From the NCBI GenBank assembly GCA_041747305.1, contig JBGTFK010000070.1, positions 1-23,172 on the forward strand: a stretch of 23,172 nt of DNA, in the 5' to 3' direction. Within the stretch, counting starts at the first letter, position 1; each line of letters opens with the position of its first letter. The notes under the pieces are model-generated. The model was not told the DNA's origin, made no database searches, and saw nothing but the letters and a program-made list of their open reading frames with translations. Shown here piece after piece: positions 16,442 to 23,172 of the stretch. Made by a program: the position numbers and the translations under genes. This DNA comes from Candidatus Nitrosocosmicus sp. Lineage in GTDB: Archaea > Thermoproteota > Nitrososphaeria > Nitrososphaerales > Nitrososphaeraceae.

Positions 16442-17899
16442 ATGATTCACAGAATAAGATCCTCCATTAATACCTATGGATTATTATCCGCTTTTTCCAT
16501 CCCGATGTTTGTTTTGATGATGATGTTTGCGTTTGAATCTTCAGACCATGACGCCCTTGCCCAAAATCAATCCTCTCCTTTGGCTGGGATGAACTTTTCA
16601 AAGCCTATAGATGTATATAGTAAGGATGGAGTTTTGAAAATTACACTCGTTGCAGAATACAAGATAGGTAAAGTTGATAACGAGACAATTACTGCAATGG
16701 TCTATAATGGTTCGCTTCCAGGGCCCGCTTACCATGTTTATCCCGGAGATAGAGTTGAAATTGATTTAGTAAATAATCTCAATGAATCTACCAACCTCCA
16801 TTTTCATGGACTCCATGTATCTCCTGGAAATAACTCGGACAACGTACTTCTTGATGTTGAGCCAGGTATGACACAGCATTATGTTCTCGATATTCCGAAA
16901 GATCACGAACCAGGTACGGATTGGTATCATTCACATTTGCATAAACTTTCTTATGGACAAGTTTCGGCAGGTCTGTCTGGTATATTTATTGTTGAAGGGT
17001 TAGAAAAGTTATTACCAGAATCCTTACAGAATATCACACAACATACCATTGCCATGAGAGATTTTCCATTTGACAATCTATTCGTTACTACAGGTGATTT
17101 GAGTAATACGATGACAATGCATGAACGCCTAACTGTTAACGGAGAAGTCAATCCAGTTATCAACATTAAATCAGGTGAGACTCAGCTTTGGCGTCTTGCA
17201 AATATTGGTCCTGAGAATGAATTCATAGTCCAACTGCCTGGCAATACATTCCATGTTATAGCAGAAGATGGAAGCCCAGTTTGGAACGTGTGGAATAATG
17301 ATACTCTTTTCATGCCTTCTGGAAAACGTTTTGACGTATTGGTGACTGCCAACGGTAGCGGGTCTATTCCATTAGGAGCTGGTAATAGCTCATTTGTTGC
17401 ACCATATGATTTACACATTGCGACTGTAAATATACAAGGTAACCAAACAGATGTAAAACCTGCAGATATCCTTCCAACAAGCTTAATCCCAGAGAGAGAC
17501 CTCAATCTTGCAAACGTCACTAATTATAGAGTCCTCAATTTTTCATCAAATGATAGGGATTGGATATACTCGATAAATAACACGACCTTTGATCATAACA
17601 GAGTAGATATAACGGCAAAGCTTGGAACTGTAGAGGAGTGGAAATTAGTAAACCTTGATAAAGTCTCATCTGGCAATATTCATCCATTCCATATTCATGT
17701 AAATGATTTTCAGGTAATGTCAGTTAACGGAAAACCTTATGATGCTCACGGATACCAAGATACCGTTATTATACCCACGGGAGGTGAAGTAGTTATTAGA
17801 ATACCATTTGATGATTTTGTGGGAAAAACTGTCTATCACTGCCACTTGATGTTTCACGGGGACTTTGGAATGATGGGTATCCTTGAGATCGTTAAATAG
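16442..17899 (+). CDS. Multicopper oxidase (laccase-like), secreted or membrane-anchored
   Basis: 485 aa. All four copper-ligand motifs are present: HFHGLH, WYHSHLH, HPFHIHVNDF and HCHLMFHGDFGMMG. N-terminal hydrophobic signal. Confidence 0.95.
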   Translation: MIHRIRSSINTYGLLSAFSIPMFVLMMMFAFESSDHDALAQNQSSPLAGMNFSKPIDVYSKDGVLKITLVAEYKIGKVDNETITAMVYNGSLPGPAYHVYPGDRVEIDLVNNLNESTNLHFHGLHVSPGNNSDNVLLDVEPGMTQHYVLDIPKDHEPGTDWYHSHLHKLSYGQVSAGLSGIFIVEGLEKLLPESLQNITQHTIAMRDFPFDNLFVTTGDLSNTMTMHERLTVNGEVNPVINIKSGETQLWRLANIGPENEFIVQLPGNTFHVIAEDGSPVWNVWNNDTLFMPSGKRFDVLVTANGSGSIPLGAGNSSFVAPYDLHIATVNIQGNQTDVKPADILPTSLIPERDLNLANVTNYRVLNFSSNDRDWIYSINNTTFDHNRVDITAKLGTVEEWKLVNLDKVSSGNIHPFHIHVNDFQVMSVNGKPYDAHGYQDTVIIPTGGEVVIRIPFDDFVGKTVYHCHLMFHGDFGMMGILEIVK

Positions 17900-17912
17900 G
17901 TGATGATGTGAA

Positions 17913-18485
17913 TTGGAGATTAGTAAAATGTTTAATACAAATATATCCCCAAAAGGAAAAGCAATGACTTTGTTTGTTGTATTAACCTTTGCCGTAGCCG
18001 GACTTACAGCAGTAACTTTCATTTCAGAGCCATTTGCGGTAGCGCAAAGCCCAGGAATTGACCCAAATGATTGTTTTAGGTCAAACGTTACAATAGATAC
18101 TTGTCCTTCACGCTCAAATATACAAAGCCTCAATGACACAATGGATTGTTTTAAGAAAATTGAAGAAACCAAGGTAGGCACTAGCGAAATTCAGAATTAT
18201 ACAAAAAGTGTGCAGAACTTTATTTCCTTAATACCTACTGACAACAAAATAACAGTAATAAATGAAAATATAGCAGGAGGTCGCGGTCCAGTAACTGATA
18301 TGGAGGGCGTATGGGATTTAATAAAAAATGAAAATATGACTCGACACGATAGACAATTGGTATTGGACGAAGTTAATATTCTCTTGGCCAACGCCAAACC
18401 CGGGTTTACCAAAATACAAAACGATGAGCTAAGTTTGTGTATAACTACTGAACTCAATTCTTTAGGCCCTACACTTAACTATTAG
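17913..18485 (+). CDS. Hypothetical secreted Cys-containing protein, probably co-transcribed with the MCO
   Basis: 190 aa (TTG start; ATG at codon 6), starting 13 nt after the MCO stop. Signal/anchor MTLFVVLTFAVAGLTAVTFISEPFAVAQS. Four Cys. Confidence 0.6.
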   Translation: MEISKMFNTNISPKGKAMTLFVVLTFAVAGLTAVTFISEPFAVAQSPGIDPNDCFRSNVTIDTCPSRSNIQSLNDTMDCFKKIEETKVGTSEIQNYTKSVQNFISLIPTDNKITVINENIAGGRGPVTDMEGVWDLIKNENMTRHDRQLVLDEVNILLANAKPGFTKIQNDELSLCITTELNSLGPTLNY

Positions 18486-18493
18486 GTCCATCA

Positions 18494-18504
18494 TTTTTTC
18501 TTTT
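18494..18504 (+). terminator. Oligo-T tract after the MCO operon
   Basis: TTTTTTCTTTT begins 9 nt after the stop at 18485. Confidence 0.35.
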
Positions 18505-18812
18505 GTCAAGACAATAGTCTACAAAGTTTTCCCTTTTTCATTTATTCATTTTTGCCGCAAATCTCTTGATTCAAACCACATATTGATTAATTGACATGTA
18601 ATAGGAAATAATCCCGGTTCGCTTACCTAAATGGATTCCAAGGCTTGTTGTAGGATTACGGCTTGATAGTTTGGAAAGATTGTTTTTAATTATTCTGTCT
18701 CCTAGAGTATAAAGTATTATCTAATTAGCGAAAAAAGAAAAGAAAACTAGCTGATTTGAACAAAGCCACTCTAAACATTTTTGATCAAAAGTGCCCATCT
18801 TATACTTTCCTT

Positions 18813-18873
18813 TAATAGACTCATGAGGATATCCACATCATTTCCACCAAACACGATAGTATTAATGGTAACG
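18813..18873 (+). repeat. Cassette-boundary repeat, subfamily B, copy B2 (diverged)
   Basis: TAATAGACTCATGAGGATATCCACATCATTTCCACCAAACACGATAGTATTAATGGTAACG. GGATATCC at 18827-18834. Core CCACCAAAC at 18844-18852. The upstream AATAG(A/G)CTCAT is shared with B4. Confidence 0.8.
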
Positions 18874-18944
18874 TTAGTATTGAAGATTTGTGGATAAATA
18901 ATTTATACTAAAATTATGTATTTTTATCTCAAAGATAACTCTAA

Positions 18945-19583
18945 CTAGGGTCCTTCCCAGCTAAATGGTATATGCTTGCTAGACCTGCCCTTTCTCTTCC
19001 ACTTAAAACTCATTGTATCTACCTCATCATTCAAAGATATTCCCCATGTAGCAACGGCACCTGGACCAACCTCACTTCCAGGCGGATTTATTGTTTGAAC
19101 TCTTTTTCCTGGTGGAGTCATTGGGCCTCCTAATGCTACTGCTTTCGCAAGAACTTTTCCCGGAATCTCGGCACTCCACTGGCTCAAATCCTCAGAAATT
19201 TCAAATCTTATGGGGGCAAAATCAATTCCCTTGATTTCCCCTATCAACTTGGCAAATTCTGACATAAATCCGCCGGCCTTCCCGCTAAAAATCATCTGAA
19301 GCGCATCTCTCTGTTTTTCTTCAGCGCGCTCATCGAAAAATAAACCCAGATTTACCTTTGTATTTCCTGCCCAAATATTTCCTTCAAACGCTCCTATAGC
19401 TAATGCATTCAATCCATCCAATGATGTATCACCGTAATGTCCTTTGTTGATATGATACGCCAATATGCCCTCGCAATCTCCAAAGGTAGGTTCTTGAGCA
19501 AATTCACAAGGACATGGTATTTTACATTTACATACATCAAACCAATCTCCAGAAGCTTTCCAAGAGGGAATGCTATCCGTCAT
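18945..19583 (-). CDS. DUF1326 family protein (copy 2)
   Basis: 212 aa. N-terminal Cys cluster DVCKCKIPCPCEF and the motif GHYGDTSLDGL match the DUF1326 pattern (CNCD.GCPCQF ... G.FGD..LDG). Confidence 0.85.
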   Translation of the reverse strand: MTDSIPSWKASGDWFDVCKCKIPCPCEFAQEPTFGDCEGILAYHINKGHYGDTSLDGLNALAIGAFEGNIWAGNTKVNLGLFFDERAEEKQRDALQMIFSGKAGGFMSEFAKLIGEIKGIDFAPIRFEISEDLSQWSAEIPGKVLAKAVALGGPMTPPGKRVQTINPPGSEVGPGAVATWGISLNDEVDTMSFKWKRKGRSSKHIPFSWEGP

Positions 19584-19698
19584 GCAATTAGATAAATATA
19601 CTAAAATATAAAATTACCTTACTTTATAGGAAATTTTCCAGTATTCAAATATGATTATGAAAATAATGCAAATATTCTTTATTTAATTACTATTCTGG

Positions 19699-20670
19699 TT
19701 AACTCATATCCATATCCATATCCATATCCATATTGTTATCGCTAATTTTATCCTCGTCCTTATCTTGGTTAGAATCTTCCATCACCATACTGTTCATCTC
19801 ATTGGGAGAATTATGCATTCCGCCTTCTTCTATTATAATTGGTATTATTCCTGTTATTGAAAGAAAACCTGCAATTACAAACACAATACCTGCTCCTCTT
19901 GCAATCCAGATTCCTTTAGACCAGACTTTCTCTGCAAAAATAATTGCTGCAAACATTCCCATCCATAATATGTTCATCCATCCTAAAGCAATCATGAGTA
20001 AAAAATAAGGCCAACAACATCCAAGACAGTACATACCGTGATACAGACCCATCTTTAACCCGTCTTTCATTTGGTTTCCTTTCCATCTTTTTATAAAAAA
20101 TGATAAGGGAGATTCGCAATAACCCAAACATCTTTCCTTCAATGGGCTAAATTGGTAAATTCCAGACACAATGAGCAAAATTCCAGACACAATCGCAAAA
20201 TCTTTTACGCTATATCCTATAAACAGATTATTCATAATTATAGACCAAAACACTAGCAGCATAACACCTGTTAATGCCCAGACCAAAAGGTATGTTCCTA
20301 CAAATCCTAATGTTTTAATAGCTCTTTTAGAAAGAAGTGCGAATGATCTGGAATGTTGTCTATTATCTCTTTCTTCTAAATTATCTGTATGCTGATTGAA
20401 TTTACTTACTAGAGATAAATTATCCTTTTTGTTATTATTATTATTTTGATCGCTAGAGATAATGCGATTGTATAATAACACCATTGGAATCATTGCTGGA
20501 AACATCATGGCTGCCATCCCGACGGTCCAACTTATTGTAAATATAGTAACTGCTATTGGATTTAGTGTCATCATGGCCTCCATCATGTCTGGCTGTTCTA
20601 TGGAAAAAAGCCATGTAATGACTGAGATAGAAAGCAAGGATAAGAGTATTATCTTTTGAGATTTATCCAA
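19699..20670 (-). CDS. DUF2182 family predicted metal-binding integral membrane protein
   Basis: 323 aa, polytopic. Family motifs WTVGMAAMMFPAMIPMV, KERCLGYCESPLSFF and GMYCLGCCWPYFLLM. The Met/Asp-rich C-terminus ends NNMDMDMDMDMS. Confidence 0.85.
   Translation of the reverse strand: MDKSQKIILLSLLSISVITWLFSIEQPDMMEAMMTLNPIAVTIFTISWTVGMAAMMFPAMIPMVLLYNRIISSDQNNNNNKKDNLSLVSKFNQHTDNLEERDNRQHSRSFALLSKRAIKTLGFVGTYLLVWALTGVMLLVFWSIIMNNLFIGYSVKDFAIVSGILLIVSGIYQFSPLKERCLGYCESPLSFFIKRWKGNQMKDGLKMGLYHGMYCLGCCWPYFLLMIALGWMNILWMGMFAAIIFAEKVWSKGIWIARGAGIVFVIAGFLSITGIIPIIIEEGGMHNSPNEMNSMVMEDSNQDKDEDKISDNNMDMDMDMDMS
19705..19733. repeat. Hexanucleotide tandem repeat (CATATC)x4.8 encoding the (MD)n tail
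   Basis: CATATCCATATCCATATCCATATCCATAT lies at the 3' end of the DUF2182 gene. Confidence 0.9.
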
Positions 20671-20724
20671 TGAAATAACGCTCTTAAACGGCTAGTGGAT
20701 TTTTATGGTAAAATAGGGTTAACT

Positions 20725-21363
20725 TTAAGGTCCCTTGTATTCTATTACAGAGTAAAGCGCATTCTTACCCGAATGGTCATAATTGAGGTGGGGAGTTGTA
20801 ATTCTCATTACTTTGGTTTTTGCCGCTTCTGCTAGTTTCCAGATAAAACCTTTGGGTAATTGTATCTTTGTATCTTGTTCTTCGCCTGTAACCGGGTTAA
20901 CAAAGCTTTCTGACTGCACATCTATGATGCCCGGAACGGTAAAGCCACTTTTTTTGCCGTCTATATTTACTTGGATGTCTACAAACTGTGGTTCTAGAAA
21001 AAACTTTATTGTTCCTGCAAATAAGGTAAATGGACCTTCACCTTTAGCTTGACCTGAAAAAATAGATATGATGGAGTTTCTTTGTTCATTACTTGTATTT
21101 TTTGATATGAATAATTGGGCAGTGCCATTTCCTTCATGAATTGCTTTGGGCCAAGAGAAAGCACAAATTACATCAATTCCGTCAAGACTTGTATCGCCAT
21201 AGTTTCCTGAGCGAATGTGAAACAATACTAATGCTCTGCAGAAACCGTTGGATGGAAATCCATTGAAATTACACGGACATCCATAATCACAATTACAGGT
21301 TTCAACATAGTCTGCTTTAAAGGTCCAAGCAGGAATTTGATTTAAAGTAGAAGTCATATACAC
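20725..21363 (-). CDS. DUF1326 family protein (copy 1)
   Basis: 212 aa (GTG 21363; ATG 21357 gives MTSTLNQIPAW, which parallels the paralog's MTDSIPSW). Motifs CNCDYGCPCNFNGFPSNGFCRA and GNYGDTSLDGI. Confidence 0.85.
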   Translation of the reverse strand: MYMTSTLNQIPAWTFKADYVETCNCDYGCPCNFNGFPSNGFCRALVLFHIRSGNYGDTSLDGIDVICAFSWPKAIHEGNGTAQLFISKNTSNEQRNSIISIFSGQAKGEGPFTLFAGTIKFFLEPQFVDIQVNIDGKKSGFTVPGIIDVQSESFVNPVTGEEQDTKIQLPKGFIWKLAEAAKTKVMRITTPHLNYDHSGKNALYSVIEYKGP

Positions 21364-21380
21364 TTACTCTAATCGAAATA

Positions 21381-21392
21381 TATTAATTTTTA
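21381..21392 (-). promoter_or_regulatory. TATA-like box for the DUF1326-DUF2182-DUF1326 operon
   Basis: The minus strand reads ATTAATATATTT about 25-30 nt upstream of the start codon. Confidence 0.4.
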
Positions 21393-21490
21393 CAGTACTA
21401 TCATATACATTTGATTTTCGGTAAATAAGATTGTCTGAACTATTTTAAATGACAGTTATTTTAACATCAACCATTTGTTTTTGATACCGA

Positions 21491-21540
21491 CCTCTGTGGA
21501 TATCCAAACGATTTCCACCGAACCCGCTAAATAGAAGAGT
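21491..21540 (+). repeat. Cassette-boundary repeat, subfamily B, copy B3
   Basis: CCTCTGTGGATATCCAAACGATTTCCACCGAACCCGCTAAATAGAAGAGT. The 30-nt stretch GTGGATATCCAAACGATTTCCACCGAACC is identical to B1. Palindrome at 21497-21506 and core at 21515-21524. Confidence 0.9.
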
Positions 21541-21660
21541 CTGACCATGAGAATAATTATTTTTTATTTGTTACCATCGGACTTATCTTCCGGTTGATCT
21601 ATTAAAGCGCAGTTAGATTTACTCAGATATTTGATAATCGTAATTCGGTTACAAAGAAAA

Positions 21661-21671
21661 TTTAATTAATA
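21661..21671 (+). promoter_or_regulatory. TATA-like box for the 153-aa gene
   Basis: TTTAATTAATA is centred about 26 nt upstream of ATG 21692. Confidence 0.4.
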
Positions 21672-21691
21672 TCCTCTAATTAGAGAGGACA

Positions 21692-22153
21692 ATGAAAGAA
21701 ATCCTTTCCGGTGTATTCACTATTCTTGTTTTCATACTAGCAGTACCTTTTGCTTATGGACAACCATTTGACACTGCCACAAATCTTGATACAACTACAA
21801 ATCAAACCACGATGACTACTACTACTCCTGAAGCTACTATAGGTAAAAGTGAAAATCTTACAATAACCGATCTTAGATTCCGTGCAGAATCAAATCAAAT
21901 AACAGGAACAGTCACAAATAATTCTACAAATGAGCAATCTTCTATATCCATATATGCAGTCCTTTTTGACAAAGATGATTCTTTTCTTGGAATTGCTCAA
22001 GGAAGACCGTTAGTTGAATCACTTCCCCCAGCTGATAATTCTCCATTCTCAATAGATATGTTCTCAGGATTTGAACTATATACAATGCCTGAGGAAGTAA
22101 AGGGTATTGACCACTATACAATCTATGTAAGAGGATATGAGCCGCTTTTCTAA
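21692..22153 (+). CDS. Secreted protein with Thr-rich linker and a small beta-sandwich-like domain (FxLYD-like pattern; uncertain)
   Basis: 153 aa. Signal peptide MKEILSGVFTILVFILAVPFAYGQ, TTTNQTTMTTTTPE linker, then ITGTVTNNSTNEQSSISIYAVLFDKDDSFLG. Confidence 0.65.
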   Translation: MKEILSGVFTILVFILAVPFAYGQPFDTATNLDTTTNQTTMTTTTPEATIGKSENLTITDLRFRAESNQITGTVTNNSTNEQSSISIYAVLFDKDDSFLGIAQGRPLVESLPPADNSPFSIDMFSGFELYTMPEEVKGIDHYTIYVRGYEPLF

Positions 22154-22301
22154 TGTAGTATAAGTTTACAAATAAGAAAAATACTTGGTATATCCGACCG
22201 AGTGTCAAGTCTATATTATTTTTTGCTGCAAGTACATTGCAATACCATATTGTATTTTAATCTGTTCGGCGAAAATTGATTATAGTTTCAAATCTTGTCT
22301 T

Positions 22302-22360
22302 AAATAGGCTCATTTGGATATCCAAACGATTTCGACCGAACGAGATCTTATTTGTAATGA
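22302..22360 (+). repeat. Cassette-boundary repeat, subfamily B, copy B4
   Basis: AAATAGGCTCATTTGGATATCCAAACGATTTCGACCGAACGAGATCTTATTTGTAATGA. Perfect 12-bp palindrome TTGGATATCCAA at 22314-22325. Core CGACCGAAC at 22333-22341. Confidence 0.85.
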
Positions 22361-22526
22361 TATGAAAATATAAAAATGATGGTAAATAGTCAATATAATT
22401 TTAATAATGATCCATCGTTGATAAGGCATAAATCTCCAGCTATATATCAATATGTTATAACCATCACGCAGTTTTTTGATTCTATTTTGTCAATATTTGG
22501 TATTAAAAACCGTTTGATACCTGTCC

Positions 22527-22533
22527 TTATATA
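22527..22533 (+). promoter_or_regulatory. TATA box for the 205-aa gene
   Basis: TTATATA is centred 25 nt upstream of ATG 22555. Confidence 0.45.
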
Positions 22534-22554
22534 GTATGATATCTAATAGATAGT

Positions 22555-23172
22555 ATGTCAAAGAAAATAGAAACTAAAGAAAATTATTCAAATAATACCA
22601 ATCAACAAAATAACAATAATTACAATGATTTCCAAGATACAGTTAACCAATCATTTGATGAAACTAAAGATAATATCAAAAAATCAATAGATGAATCAAG
22701 AAAACAAATTCCAAGAATTAATGACACTGTAAATAGCTATCAAGAAGAATCACTACAAACTGCAAAAGAGATTTCAGAAGAATATATTGATTCTCAAAAA
22801 GAAGTGGTCAATTCTCTCCAATCAGCATGGAGGCCATACAATGAGATATACAACGGATTAGTTACCAACTTCTATTCTCCTGATGCAGCAGTTAAAGCAT
22901 ATACAACATTTGTAAGTAATGTTGCAGACAACACAGTATCAGCTATGAGAATGTCAAACAACGTCATTTTCTCAACTCTTGATGCATGGAAACCAGCACT
23001 ACAACAAACAAAAGATATTTCAAGACACATATCCAACACGGGAGTAAACACTGCAAGAGTGTTTGAACAAAATTCAAGACAATTAGCAGCAAATGTTAAA
23101 GATGCAGCAGCCAATTCAAACATAAACGCATCTACTACTTCCACTACTACCACAAAGTCCACAAATCATTAA
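22555..23172 (+). CDS. Hypothetical Asn/Gln-rich, probably helical protein (phasin-like composition; family not established)
   Basis: 205-aa ORF ending at TAA 23170-23172. No signal peptide. N-terminal NQQNNNNYN segment, then a long helical-looking region and a TSTTTTKST tail. Confidence 0.6.
   Translation: MSKKIETKENYSNNTNQQNNNNYNDFQDTVNQSFDETKDNIKKSIDESRKQIPRINDTVNSYQEESLQTAKEISEEYIDSQKEVVNSLQSAWRPYNEIYNGLVTNFYSPDAAVKAYTTFVSNVADNTVSAMRMSNNVIFSTLDAWKPALQQTKDISRHISNTGVNTARVFEQNSRQLAANVKDAAANSNINASTTSTTTTKSTNH

Noticed and set aside
16951-18457. Minus-strand ORFs 16951-17166, 17182-17520, 17720-18181 and 18197-18457
   Set aside because: Antisense to the multicopper oxidase and its partner ORF. 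The MCO frame has all four copper motifs.
19733-21052. ORFs 19733-20008, 19916-20131, 20171-20395, 20462-20659 and 20783-21052
   Set aside because: Antisense or alternate-frame ORFs inside the DUF2182 and DUF1326 genes, which have clear family motifs.
217-22360. The eight repeats as a CRISPR array
   Set aside because: Spacing is 0.8-10 kb and the intervals contain genes. The repeats are about 50 nt and imperfect. No cas genes are present.
21942-23162. Minus-strand ORFs 21942-22208 and 22872-23162
   Set aside because: Antisense to the 153-aa and 205-aa genes. No independent support.
1-23172. tRNA, rRNA or other structured RNA genes
   Set aside because: I saw no cloverleaf-compatible segment or rRNA-like conserved block in the long gene-free gaps (2892-3651, 14541-15024, 15729-16441). 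This is a by-eye negative and should be confirmed with tRNAscan or Infernal.

Overview
AT-rich (roughly one-third G+C by eye), gene-sparse window that looks archaeal. TATA-like boxes sit about 25 nt upstream of many ATGs, which suggests leaderless mRNAs. The transposases are archaeal-type IS6 with zinc fingers, and there is a multicopper oxidase. My inference is an ammonia-oxidising Nitrososphaerales-like genome, but I cannot verify that without a search. Confident calls: a crcB (fluoride channel)-DUF190 pair, a multicopper oxidase, a DUF1326-DUF2182-DUF1326 operon, a frameshifted beta-lactamase-fold serine hydrolase, two paralogous secreted proteins, several small signal-peptide proteins, and at least five IS-related elements. 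The IS elements are one decayed IS5-family copy with a TAA target duplication, one 3.37-kb IS6-family element with passenger genes nested inside a second IS6 element (both with perfect 8-bp target duplications), one further IS6 relic and one MITE-like derivative. The most interesting signal is not a gene. It is a roughly 50-nt repeat family with eight copies in two subfamilies, all in the same orientation and all outside the intact CDSs called here. The copies cut the window into functionally coherent modules: crcB/DUF190, the MCO pair, the DUF1326/DUF2182 operon and single secreted-protein genes. This is the layout of a repeat-delimited cassette array, integron-like in architecture but without canonical attC features. 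No recombinase is visible in the window. No tRNA, rRNA or CRISPR array was recognised.
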